This document shows positions 19,610 to 28,423 of a stretch of 50,601 nucleotides of DNA, piece after piece. This DNA is from an uncultured Bordetella sp. (GTDB taxonomy: Bacteria; Pseudomonadota; Gammaproteobacteria; Burkholderiales; SG8-39). The translations under genes were made by a program, and so were the position numbers. Where the stretch lies: NCBI GenBank assembly GCA_964385505.1, contig CAYLPI010000004.1, positions 1-50,601 on the forward strand, given 5' to 3'. The notes beneath the pieces were generated by a model. It did not search any database. It had not been told where the DNA came from and saw nothing but the letters and a program-made list of their open reading frames with translations. The first letter of the stretch is position 1; every line of letters starts with the position of its first letter.

Positions 19610-20439
19610 GCCAGCAGCTTGCGGATGGACGCGCTGATGGCATCGGCGAGCAGCACCAGCAGCAGGAACATGATGAGAATGGTCGAGACCTCGCCGCCAT
19701 TGAGCATTTTCATCGACTGGTCCATCAACTGGCCGAGACCACCGGCCCCGACAAAGCCCATGATGACCGAGGCGCGCACGGCACATTCCCAGCGATAGAC
19801 GGTGTAGGAGGCGAGCTCTTGTGAGGCGCCGGGCAACAGCCCGTAAAAGAACGCCATCAGGCGGCCGCTGCCCGATTCGAGCAGCGCGCGTGCCGGGCGG
19901 GTGTCTCCGGATTCGAGAATTTCAGAATAGACCTTGCCCAGCATGCCACCGTAAGTGACGGCGATGGCAAGCACGCCTGCGGCCGGCCCGAGGCCGAAGG
20001 CGCGCACCAGCAACAGTGCCCAGACAATCTCCGGTATGCCGCGCAACACCAGCAGCGTGACGCGCGCCAGCGCGCGCAACGCCTCGCCAAAGCCGCGCCC
20101 CGGCCCCGGCCCGATGCGCGATATCGACAGGCTGTGCGAGAGCACGAGCCCCAGCGGCGCGGCCAGCAGCATCGCCAGCGCGGTACCGGCCGTGGCCATG
20201 GCCAGCGTCTCGACGGTGGCCTTCAACACCAGTTGCAGGAACTCGCCCGTCAGATCAGGCGGGAAAAACTGCCCGACGAATCCGCCCATGACCTTGAGGT
20301 TGCGCGCATCGAACAACTCGGCCGGATTGAATTGTGCGATATGCAGCAGCGGCCACAAAACCAACAGCGCGGCCGCCACCCATAGCGCACGCCCTGCCGC
20401 GTCCGGATCGCGCAATGCCATAGTCGCCGGTCCGTTCAT
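19606..20439 (-). CDS. PhnE/PtxC-family ABC permease
   Basis: RGIPEIVWA, LGKVYSEILE, YRWECAVRASVIMGFVGAGGLG. Confidence 0.9.
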   Translation of the reverse strand: MNGPATMALRDPDAAGRALWVAAALLVLWPLLHIAQFNPAELFDARNLKVMGGFVGQFFPPDLTGEFLQLVLKATVETLAMATAGTALAMLLAAPLGLVLSHSLSISRIGPGPGRGFGEALRALARVTLLVLRGIPEIVWALLLVRAFGLGPAAGVLAIAVTYGGMLGKVYSEILESGDTRPARALLESGSGRLMAFFYGLLPGASQELASYTVYRWECAVRASVIMGFVGAGGLGQLMDQSMKMLNGGEVSTILIMFLLLVLLADAISASIRKLLA

Positions 20440-20446
20440 CGCCCCT

Positions 20447-21277
20447 CTAGATGATGCGCGGCGGCGCCACGACTCTGAGTCGGTCGGTCGCCGGTGCCAC
20501 GTCGAACGGCTGATTGTCCTGGGTCGGCAGGGTGCCGGTTTCGGACGCATACAGGTCGCGCAACACGCTATCGCTGACCTTGACCGCCGCCAGGTCGAAG
20601 GCGATCTCGCCGGCACGCAGGCCGATGACGCGCGGAAACCAGCGCAGCGCCACGTCCACCGCGTGCAGGCTCGCCACCAGCGTGACGCCGCGCGTCGACG
20701 CTTCGCTGTGCAACTGGCTGACAGTGAGATCGGCAAGCGCCGGGTCCATCGCCGATACCGGCTCGTCGGCCAGCAACAGGTCCGGTTGCTGGTAGAGCGC
20801 ACGCGCCACGCCGACGCGCTGCAACTGCCCGCCGGAGAGCCGGTCGCAGCGCTCGAACAGGCGGTCGGCGAGATCAAGACGCGCCAGTTGCTCGCGCGCA
20901 CCGGCGATGTCGGCCGGATAGACCAGCGACAGCGCCGATTTCCACCATGGCCACACCCCCAGACGCCCGGCCAGCACCGCGGTAATGGCGCGCTGACGCG
21001 GCGGGATGGGCGGCGACTGGTGCACGACGCCGATGCGCGCGCGCAGCTGCCGCAATTGTGCGCCGGAGAGTTGCCACGGATTGGCCTGCAACACCGACAC
21101 GCGGCCTTCGGTCGGCCGCAGCGATGTCGCAAGAATGCGCAACAGCGAGGTCTTGCCCGCACCCGAGGGGCCGATGATGGCGATGCGCTCGCCGCGCCCG
21201 GCGCTGAGCGTGACCGCGCGCAGCGCGCGCTGGCCGTTGGCGTGAGCGAGGCCCACTTGTGAGAGTTCGAAACTCAA
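20447..21277 (-). CDS. PhnC-like ABC ATP-binding protein
   Basis: [26 protein letters not shown]. Confidence 0.92.
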   Translation of the reverse strand: MSFELSQVGLAHANGQRALRAVTLSAGRGERIAIIGPSGAGKTSLLRILATSLRPTEGRVSVLQANPWQLSGAQLRQLRARIGVVHQSPPIPPRQRAITAVLAGRLGVWPWWKSALSLVYPADIAGAREQLARLDLADRLFERCDRLSGGQLQRVGVARALYQQPDLLLADEPVSAMDPALADLTVSQLHSEASTRGVTLVASLHAVDVALRWFPRVIGLRAGEIAFDLAAVKVSDSVLRDLYASETGTLPTQDNQPFDVAPATDRLRVVAPPRII

Positions 21278-21327
21278 GAAGGGTGTCTTATGACATGGTC
21301 GCGCATAGAGCTTGTATCAAACTATTT

Positions 21328-21432
21328 TGTCATTCCGGGGCCTTTGCGACTGCGCTCAGGGCAGGCTCCAGCCGAGGAATCTGCTTTTTGCCACAATCGA
21401 GAAGCAGATTCCTCTGTGCGCTCGGAACGACA
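21328..21432. repeat. REP-like palindromic element (TGTCATTCCG...GGAATCT / AGATTCC...CGGAAtGACA family) with a nested insertion at 21341-21367
   Basis: Inverted arms shared with copies at 25090 and 38985. Confidence 0.8.
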
Positions 21433-21463
21433 AGTTTTGAGTTTGCCGTTAATCCGTTGTTTG

Positions 21464-22333
21464 TTACTTGATCAGGCCGGCCGACTTGGCGGCGTTCTCG
21501 ATACCGTCATAGTTGGAGGCCTTGGTCGGGATGAACCTGGAGGCACGCTGCAAATCCATGATGGCCTTGTGCGCCGGGTTGCCGGCGTCGAGCTTCAAAA
21601 AGGCGGCCGTGAGTTTTTTAACCACCACCGGGTCGAGGTCGCCACGCACCGTCCAGTTGTAATCATAATAGGGCGGCGTGGTAGCGAGGACCTTCACTTT
21701 CATCGCATTGGGGTTTTTCGTTTCAACCAGCTTGTCCCACACCGACGCATTGAGCACGCCGGCCTCGGCCTTGCCACCGGCGACAAAGGCAACGGTGGCG
21801 TCATGCGCGCCGGAAAAAGCGACGTTCTTCAGATCCTTGTCCGGATTAATGCCCGCCTTCAGCATGAAGTAGCGCGGCATCAGGTGGCCCGAGGTCGATG
21901 AGGGCGACCCGAAGGCGAAGGACTTGCCCTTGATATCGGCGAGCGTCTTGGCGGTGCTGTCGGCGGGCACGATAAAACGGCTGATGAATTTTTCGTCCTC
22001 GGCGCGCTGCACGATGGGTATGGCCGTGCCGTTGGTACGCAGTTTGGTTTGCACGAAGGTAAAGCCGCCAAGCCAGACGAGGTCGAGCTTGCGCGTGGCG
22101 AGCGACTCGACCACGGCGGCGTAGTCGGTTACCGGCGTGAACTCGACCTTCATCCCGGTTTCCTTTTCCAGGTACTCGCCCAGCGGTTTGAACTTGCGCT
22201 GCAACTCGGTCGGCGCTTCATCGGGAATGGCAGAAACCCTGAGTACGGCCTGCGCCAGAGCCGTATCAAAGAAGGCCAGCGAAAGCATGACGGCGGCGAG
22301 AATGGATGAGAACTTGCGTGGCAAAACACTCAT
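21464..22333 (-). CDS. PhnD-like periplasmic binding protein, putative selenate ABC transporter type
   Basis: Signal peptide; VSAIPDE, TDYAAVV, WLGGFT, STSGHLMPR, SGAHDAT, YYDYNW; lies next to sen genes. Confidence 0.85.
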   Translation of the reverse strand: MSVLPRKFSSILAAVMLSLAFFDTALAQAVLRVSAIPDEAPTELQRKFKPLGEYLEKETGMKVEFTPVTDYAAVVESLATRKLDLVWLGGFTFVQTKLRTNGTAIPIVQRAEDEKFISRFIVPADSTAKTLADIKGKSFAFGSPSSTSGHLMPRYFMLKAGINPDKDLKNVAFSGAHDATVAFVAGGKAEAGVLNASVWDKLVETKNPNAMKVKVLATTPPYYDYNWTVRGDLDPVVVKKLTAAFLKLDAGNPAHKAIMDLQRASRFIPTKASNYDGIENAAKSAGLIK

Positions 22334-22371
22334 GACGACTCCTGGACGAATTAAAAAGGTAATGGAAAACT

Positions 22372-22530
22372 TCAGGTCACCGGCACACCCGACCCGGGGT
22401 TAAAAGCCCTGATCTTGCGCGCACCGGCAAACCCGCCCGCGTTAAACAGCGTGAGTGCGCCGGGTGCGACACTGCAGCCACCGCCGTGGGCGGGCGGGGC
22501 AAGGCGGAACGCGGTACTCATCTGGTTCAT
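22372..22530 (-). pseudogene. selD: 52-aa ORF: internally deleted selenophosphate synthetase (selD/senC) remnant, N-terminus fused to C-terminus
   Basis: Manual translation MNQMSTAFRLAPPAHGGGCSVAPGALTLFNAGGFAGARKIRAFNPGSGVPVT*; RBS GGAG 8 nt upstream; resembles SelD N-terminal RLxxxxHGGGCGCKIAPG and a SelD-like C-terminal tail; located between senA and the ABC transporter. Confidence 0.7.
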
Positions 22531-22595
22531 GGCGATGACTCCGGAATTTGAGCGCGCAGTTTAACAGGCCGCTGCAGTCCTTCTTCAGGCCCGGC

Positions 22596-23843
22596 TCAAC
22601 ACGCCTGCTGCTGTACGCGTTGCAATTGCGCATCGATGGCCTTGAGTTGCGCCCCGCCACCGGCGTTTTTTACCGCCATGGCCTGCGCTTTTGCCAGCGA
22701 GGTTTTCGCAGGGCCCCACTGCAGCAGCGTGCATTGCGCGCTACCCAGATCGAGGTAGCCGCCCGCCAGCGTGAAGGCGCGAAATTCCGGCTGGCCCGTC
22801 GCGGTTGAGGCCTCCAGCGCCGCCGTGGATTTGCCGAATGCCCGTAGCGCTTCGTCGCTGCGGCCCTGCTGCCGGTAAATCAGTACCAGCCCGCGATAAA
22901 TTTCCGCAACGAGATAGACACGGTCCGCACCGAATTTCGACTGGATATCGGCCTCGCGCAGTTTCAGCACCACGCGCAGCGCTTCTACCCCGGTGCGCTC
23001 GGCCTCGTTCAGGCGCTGCATGGACCAGTACAGTGTGCCGGTGCGGTAAACAACAAAGGCCACCTGCGGACTGTCGGCGCCAAAGGTCTTGGCCGCGACA
23101 AGCGCCCCGGCATACAACGCCATTGCATCGTCCGGACGTTTGTTGCGGTAGGCTTCAAGACCCTGTTGCAGCTTTGCCGGCCATTGATTCTGGTCTGCCG
23201 GCGCCTTGGGGACCGGGCCGGCTTCCGGAGCCGGTGTTGCGACCGCTGCCGCCGCTGCGACTGGCGGCGCCGGATACAGTATCCATTCGACACTCAGCGC
23301 TACCAGTCCCGGTTTGGCGCTGCGTATCCTCAGCTTTGCCAGATTGCCTTCGGTGGTACGAACGGCGATGACCGTGCCGTCCTTGATTTCGGCACCGGCG
23401 CCCGATGCCGGCAGCCGCACCAGATCGTATCGGAGTGTGGCAAGAAAGGCCGCGTCCATCGCCGGGAAATCGCGGCCCCCTGCGTCTGGGATGCGCGCCA
23501 TCAAAGCGCTGTTCCTCAAATCCAGCGAGCGGTCGGTCTTGGTGGCGAAATGCCACCACAGGTCGGCAGCCTTGAGGGCGGCGGTATCGCCGGTCTCCAG
23601 ATCCAGCGTGAAACTGGGCTTCACCGTCGCCGACATGACCGACTCGGCGACGACCCTGGGCTTCACCGCAGGCAGCGTCGTCGGCACGGGAATGCGCTGC
23701 AACAGCGCCTTGAGCTCCGGGGCATAGCGCACCGCCGCGACCACTGCGGCGGCGACCAGGGCGACCAGCACCCACATCCAGTCGGATCGACTGCTGCGAT
23801 TAACTTCGCCAGGGGACCCGCCCCGATCAAAATTGCCATTCAT
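22596..23843 (-). CDS. Membrane-anchored protein with beta-rich domain and C-terminal TPR repeats
   Basis: TM segment WMWVLVALVAAAVVAAV; GTVIAVRTTEGNLAKLRI domain; Pro/Ala linker; TPR-like helices; ATGA overlap with the senA stop. Confidence 0.7.
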   Translation of the reverse strand: MNGNFDRGGSPGEVNRSSRSDWMWVLVALVAAAVVAAVRYAPELKALLQRIPVPTTLPAVKPRVVAESVMSATVKPSFTLDLETGDTAALKAADLWWHFATKTDRSLDLRNSALMARIPDAGGRDFPAMDAAFLATLRYDLVRLPASGAGAEIKDGTVIAVRTTEGNLAKLRIRSAKPGLVALSVEWILYPAPPVAAAAAVATPAPEAGPVPKAPADQNQWPAKLQQGLEAYRNKRPDDAMALYAGALVAAKTFGADSPQVAFVVYRTGTLYWSMQRLNEAERTGVEALRVVLKLREADIQSKFGADRVYLVAEIYRGLVLIYRQQGRSDEALRAFGKSTAALEASTATGQPEFRAFTLAGGYLDLGSAQCTLLQWGPAKTSLAKAQAMAVKNAGGGAQLKAIDAQLQRVQQQAC

Positions 23844-25036
23844 GACACGGCGCAGGTGCGAAAGCCGCAAAACATGTCGGCGCGATCGGGTTTGTAAAAA
23901 TTGCGCAAGGCCGGGCGCTGCAGTCGCGCCGGCGTGACGAAACTGCCGCCGCGCAGCACGCGATGATGCTCGGCAAACCACGGCGCCGAGTAGTCCTTGT
24001 AAGGGTCAGCGGCAAAGCCGGCAAAGGGTGAGAAGCGGCTGGCGGTCCATTCCCAAGCGCAGCCTGTGTCGAACTGTTCTGGCGCGCTGCGCGCTGCATG
24101 TTCGAATTCGGCCTCGGTCGGCAGGCGCCGGCCGGCCCAGCGGCAATACGCCTCGGCCTCGTGGGCGCTGACGTGCATGACAGGCTCATCGTTGGCAAGA
24201 GGCAACCAGGCGTCGAAGCGACGAACCAGCCAGGCGCCTTTCTCGCGGCGCCAGTAGCGCGGATGGTCGAGCGCGAGCGACTCGCGCATCGCCCAGCCCT
24301 CGTCGCTCCACAAGGCGCGCCGCGCATAACCGCCGGTGTCGACGAACTCGCGGTACTGGCCGTTGCTGAGCACGCCGCGGGCGATGGCGAAAGGCTCGAG
24401 CGTCACTTCGTGCCGCCATTTCTCGTTGTCGAACACGAAGCCCGTTCCGGGGGCTGATCCGAGCATGACCGCGCCCCCTGACAGGGCGATGTCGCCTTCG
24501 GGCAGCGCCGACAAAGCCGGCGTATCGGGCAGCGCAAAACCCAGCGTCTGCCAGCTGTAAGTGAAGGCCTCGTTGTGCATGTCGTGGTGAAAGCCGACCA
24601 GTTGGGCGAAATAGGCGCGCTCATCGTCCGCCTCGTCCTGCAACAGCGCGAGGCTTTTCGCCAGCACGGCGGCGGCATAGGCGCGCATCGCGGCGAAATC
24701 GGGCAGGTCCAGCGTCCAGCGCGTGTCATGCGCGACGTTCGAAGAGTCGTACCAGCGGTCGGCATCAGCTAGCAGGGAGGGCGTGTTGAAATCGCCGCCG
24801 CGATGCAGCCAGAATTCCTCGAACCATGCGACGTGACCGATTTCCCAAAGCGGCGGGTTGACGATCGCGAGCAGTGGCACCTCCATGCTGCGCGTGGCGA
24901 ACCGCGCGAACAACTGTCGTGTGCGCGCGTGCGCTTCGGTCAGCCGCCCGCGCAGTACGGTCGCCGCCGGATGCGGGCGAAACTGCGCGAAATCGGGCCA
25001 GCCGGCGCGATGCGCTCGCTCTGCTATATTGCTCAT
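23840..25036 (-). CDS. senA: Selenoneine synthase SenA (EgtB-like DinB + FGE-sulfatase domains)
   Basis: NPPLWEIGHVAWFEE, YDSSNVAHDTRW, HHDMHNEAF metal triad, FVFDNEKWRH, RRLPTEAEFE, WEWT, DPYKDYSAPWF, RGGS, GFRTC; divergent from senB. Confidence 0.9.
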   Translation of the reverse strand: MSNIAERAHRAGWPDFAQFRPHPAATVLRGRLTEAHARTRQLFARFATRSMEVPLLAIVNPPLWEIGHVAWFEEFWLHRGGDFNTPSLLADADRWYDSSNVAHDTRWTLDLPDFAAMRAYAAAVLAKSLALLQDEADDERAYFAQLVGFHHDMHNEAFTYSWQTLGFALPDTPALSALPEGDIALSGGAVMLGSAPGTGFVFDNEKWRHEVTLEPFAIARGVLSNGQYREFVDTGGYARRALWSDEGWAMRESLALDHPRYWRREKGAWLVRRFDAWLPLANDEPVMHVSAHEAEAYCRWAGRRLPTEAEFEHAARSAPEQFDTGCAWEWTASRFSPFAGFAADPYKDYSAPWFAEHHRVLRGGSFVTPARLQRPALRNFYKPDRADMFCGFRTCAVS

Positions 25037-25089
25037 CGGACACGACTACCAAGATTAATGCTGCGTTTTAACATGACCATCCCGAACCT

Positions 25090-25169
25090 TGTCATTCCGG
25101 GCGCAAAGACCGAGGAATCTGCTTTTGCGTCAAACAAAAAGCAGATTCCTCACTGCGTTCGGAATGACA
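25090..25169. repeat. REP-like palindromic element in the senA/senB divergent intergenic region
   Basis: tgtcattccg...gaggaatctgctttt / aaaagcagattcctc...cggaatgaca. Confidence 0.82.
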
Positions 25170-25199
25170 CGTTGTTTTGAATCAAGTACCACTCCGACC

Positions 25200-26147
25200 A
25201 TGCGCATCGTCATTGTAACGCCGGCACGACCGGGCTCGCGCCACGGCAACCGCAATACCGCGCTGCGCTGGGCGGCGCACTTGCGCGCGCTGGGTCATCG
25301 AGTACTCGTCACGCTCGAATGGAAAGACCAGGCGTGCGACCTGCTGATCGCACTGCACGCGCGGCGCAGCCACGCCTCGATCAAGGCCTTCAAGGCTGCA
25401 CACCCGAACAAACCGCTGGTACTGGTACTGACCGGGACCGACCTTTACCGCGACATTCGCAGCGACAAGGATGCGAAGCAGTCTCTCAAACTCGCCGACC
25501 GCATGGTGGTGTTGCAGCCCGGTGGGCTGGATGAGCTCAAGGCCGGCGCACGCGCAAAGACCCGTGTGATTTTCCAGTCAGTGCGCGCGATGAGGCGACA
25601 GGCACCGCCCGCCAGCTATACCCTGGTCACGGTGATCGGCCATTTGCGCGAGGAAAAAGACCCGTTTCGCGCCGCGCTGGCACTGGCGCGCCTGCCGGCC
25701 GATGACAATGTCCGCGTTGTCCACCTGGGCCAGGCCATGTCAGCCGAATACGCGCGCGAAGCGCGGGCGCTGATGAAATACGAACCGCGCTACCGCTGGC
25801 TGGGCGAGCTTGACCACGCCGGTGCGATGCGCTGGCTCGCGCGCAGCCACGCCATGGTGATTTCCAGCCTGATGGAGGGCGGCGCCCACGTCGTGTCCGA
25901 GGCCATCGCCATCGGCGTGCCGGTCATTGCATCGGATGTGCCGGGCAATATCGGCCTGCTGGGCCAGGGCTATCCGGGCTGTTACCCGGTCGGCGATGAC
26001 AAGGCGCTTGCCGCGCTGCTCGCGCGCGCCGCGGCCGATCCGGCATGGCTGGCGCGGCTTGCCGCCAAAACCACCGCACGCCAGGGCATTGTCGATCCGG
26101 CGCGCGAGCGCGCCGGGCTGGCGCGGCTGGTGGCTGATTTGCATTGA
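25200..26147 (+). CDS. senB: Selenosugar synthase SenB (GT-B glycosyltransferase)
   Basis: IVTPA...GNRNTALRW, IALHARRS, LTGTDLYRD, GHLREEKDP, SSLMEGGAHVVSEA. Confidence 0.92.
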   Translation: MRIVIVTPARPGSRHGNRNTALRWAAHLRALGHRVLVTLEWKDQACDLLIALHARRSHASIKAFKAAHPNKPLVLVLTGTDLYRDIRSDKDAKQSLKLADRMVVLQPGGLDELKAGARAKTRVIFQSVRAMRRQAPPASYTLVTVIGHLREEKDPFRAALALARLPADDNVRVVHLGQAMSAEYAREARALMKYEPRYRWLGELDHAGAMRWLARSHAMVISSLMEGGAHVVSEAIAIGVPVIASDVPGNIGLLGQGYPGCYPVGDDKALAALLARAAADPAWLARLAAKTTARQGIVDPARERAGLARLVADLH

Positions 26148-26196
26148 AGTTTGCAGCGCGCGTCTACCATCTTGCACCGTTACGGAGCCTGAGCCG

Positions 26197-26895
26197 ATGA
26201 AACCACTGCCAGAGCACGAAGACCAGACCCGCATGCGCCGCCGCGTCATTGCCGGCCTGCTCGCCGGCGGACTATCCGCAAACCCGCTGATACGTCAGGC
26301 ACTGGCGCAGCAAACCATCACCCAGGGCATGCAACGGGTGCAGGGCGAGGTACGCGTCAATGGCGTGCTGGCCGAGGCCGGCACCGCAGTACGCCCCGGC
26401 GATAGCGTCACCACCGGGCGCCGCGCCCTCGCCATGTTCGTCGTCGGCCAGGACGCGTTTTTGCTGCGCAATAACAGCCGCGCCGATCTGGCCGGCGCCG
26501 ATTTGTTCATCGACGTGCTGCGCCTGGTCAGCGGCCGCTTGCTCAGTGTGTTCGGCAAGGGCGGCGATCGACGCATCGTCACGCCGGCGGCGACCATAGG
26601 CATACGCGGCACCGGCGGCTACGCCGAGGCCGAGAACACACGCACCTATTTTTGCCTGTGCTACGGCACGGCCGACATCGCCACCACCGACGGCGCCGCA
26701 CGCGACAGCTATACCACCGCGCACCACGAGTCGCCGCGCTACATTTACGGCGACGGGCGCGGCAACGCCATCGTTCCGGCGAGCGTGTCCAATCACACCG
26801 ACTACGAGCTGATCATGCTCGAAGCACTGGTCGGGCGGCGTCCGCCCGACTCGGTGATGAACGCGCCGATGATGAGCAATCCCTACGCCTATTAA
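26197..26895 (+). CDS. FecR-domain protein with Tat-like signal peptide
   Basis: RRRVIAGLLAGG...ALA; GEVRVNG, PGDSVTTG, TPAATIGIRGT. Confidence 0.78.
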   Translation: MKPLPEHEDQTRMRRRVIAGLLAGGLSANPLIRQALAQQTITQGMQRVQGEVRVNGVLAEAGTAVRPGDSVTTGRRALAMFVVGQDAFLLRNNSRADLAGADLFIDVLRLVSGRLLSVFGKGGDRRIVTPAATIGIRGTGGYAEAENTRTYFCLCYGTADIATTDGAARDSYTTAHHESPRYIYGDGRGNAIVPASVSNHTDYELIMLEALVGRRPPDSVMNAPMMSNPYAY

Positions 26896-27041
26896 GTATT
26901 AGCGCGCTCGCCCACGCCGGGGGCATAGGCGGTAAGATTGCAGGTGCGTGCATCGTGGGCAAACGCGGCGACACGCCAGCACAATAAAACCATATCCGGA
27001 TCCGCCCCCTTGCCGGTCCGCGCATCGAAGGAGGAGGGTCA

Positions 27042-27911
27042 ATGAAAGCCCCTGCATTCGCCTACGCCAGGCCGGCGTCGCTTGGCGAGGTGTTCACGCT
27101 GCTGGCGCAGCACGGTGACGGCGCACGGCTGCTCGCCGGCGGCCAGAGCCTGCTCGCCACGCTCAACCTGCGCCTGTCGGCACCGGACATTTTGATCGAC
27201 ATCACCGGCCTGCCCGGCATGGCCGGCATCACGATTGAAAAGGACACGCTGCGCATAGGCGCGCTGGCGACGCACCGCGAACTCGAGCACTCCCACGCCA
27301 TCAGCCATCACCTGCCGCTGCTGGCGCAGGCGGTGCCGCATGTCGCGCATATCGCCATCCGCAACGTCGGCACTTTCGGCGGCAGTATCGCCATGGCCGA
27401 CCCGGCAGCCGAGTATCCGGCGGTGTGCGTCGCGCTCGATGCGCAATTCGTGATTGCCGGCGCCAAGGGAGAGCGCCGCGTCGCCGCGCGAGAGTTCTTC
27501 AAGGGCATGTACGAGACCGCGCTGCGGCCGGGCGAAGTACTGGTCGCAGGCGAGTTCCGCATCCGGCCCGAGGGCTATCGCTCGGCCTTCATCGAACTGG
27601 CGCGCCGTCACGGCGACTACGCCATTGTCGGCCTCGCCGCCCAGGCCAATTGCAGCGACGGCAAGTACAGCGATGTCAGCCTGGCCTTTCTCGGTGCCGG
27701 CGGCGAACCGGTGCTGGCGCGCGCCACCGCAGCAGCGCTCGAGGGCAAGGCGTTCGGTGCCGACACCATTGCGCTGGCCCAGGCTGCACTGGCAAAAGAG
27801 CTCGATCCGCCGGCCGACTTGTATTCCTCGTCCGCCACCAAGCTGCACCTCGCGCGCGTCATCACCGGCCGCGCGCTGGCGACACTTGCAACGCTGGCCG
27901 CAGCGACATGA
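27042..27911 (+). CDS. Mo-hydroxylase FAD-binding subunit (CoxM/CutM-like)
   Basis: MKAPAFAY, AGGQSL, IRNVGTFGGS, ADPAAE, RRHGDYA. Confidence 0.95.
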   Translation: MKAPAFAYARPASLGEVFTLLAQHGDGARLLAGGQSLLATLNLRLSAPDILIDITGLPGMAGITIEKDTLRIGALATHRELEHSHAISHHLPLLAQAVPHVAHIAIRNVGTFGGSIAMADPAAEYPAVCVALDAQFVIAGAKGERRVAAREFFKGMYETALRPGEVLVAGEFRIRPEGYRSAFIELARRHGDYAIVGLAAQANCSDGKYSDVSLAFLGAGGEPVLARATAAALEGKAFGADTIALAQAALAKELDPPADLYSSSATKLHLARVITGRALATLATLAAAT

Positions 27912-27922
27912 ACGGAGCGATC

Positions 27923-28423
27923 ATGAACCACGACATCGAAACCACAATCACCGTCAACGGCAAACCGGTGACGCGGCGTATTGCGCCGCGCACCCACCTT
28001 ATTGATTTTTTGCGTGACGAGCTGGGCCTGACCGGTTCGCACATTGGCTGCGAGCACGGCGTCTGCGGTGCCTGCACCATCCGACTCGATGACAAGATCG
28101 TACGCGGCTGCCTGACGCTGGCGGTGCAGGCCAACGGCCGGCGTGTGGATACCATTGAAGGCCTGTCCGATTCAGGCGAGCTCGCCGCAATACAGAAGGC
28201 CTTTCACGAACGCAACGCGCTGCAATGCGGCTTTTGCACGCCGGGCATGCTGATGGCGGCGCAGGACCTGCTGCTGCACAAGCCCGATGCGACGCGCGAA
28301 GAAATCCGCGAACACATTTCCGGCAACTACTGCCGCTGCACCGGCTACCAGGCCATCGTCGATGCCATCGAGATCGTCTTGACGCAAAATCGAGCGGGAC
28401 GTAAATCGCAGGTGACGGCATGA
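27923..28423 (+). CDS. Mo-hydroxylase 2Fe-2S subunit (CoxS/CutS-like)
   Basis: GCEHGVCGACT, QCGFCTPG, NYCRCTGY; alternative start at 27908. Confidence 0.95.
   Translation: MNHDIETTITVNGKPVTRRIAPRTHLIDFLRDELGLTGSHIGCEHGVCGACTIRLDDKIVRGCLTLAVQANGRRVDTIEGLSDSGELAAIQKAFHERNALQCGFCTPGMLMAAQDLLLHKPDATREEIREHISGNYCRCTGYQAIVDAIEIVLTQNRAGRKSQVTA

Noticed and set aside
18791-22333. Phosphonate utilisation (phnCDE) system
   Set aside because: No C-P lyase or ptxD genes; the context is the sen cluster and selD remnant.
23840-25036. Ordinary ergothioneine synthase EgtB
   Set aside because: Paired with a SenB-type glycosyltransferase, with no egtD or egtC nearby; motifs fit SenA better.
25066-25078. XerD-like half site (tcatgttaaac on the minus strand)
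   Set aside because: No XerC arm at the correct spacing; it appears to be the tail of the REP-like element.
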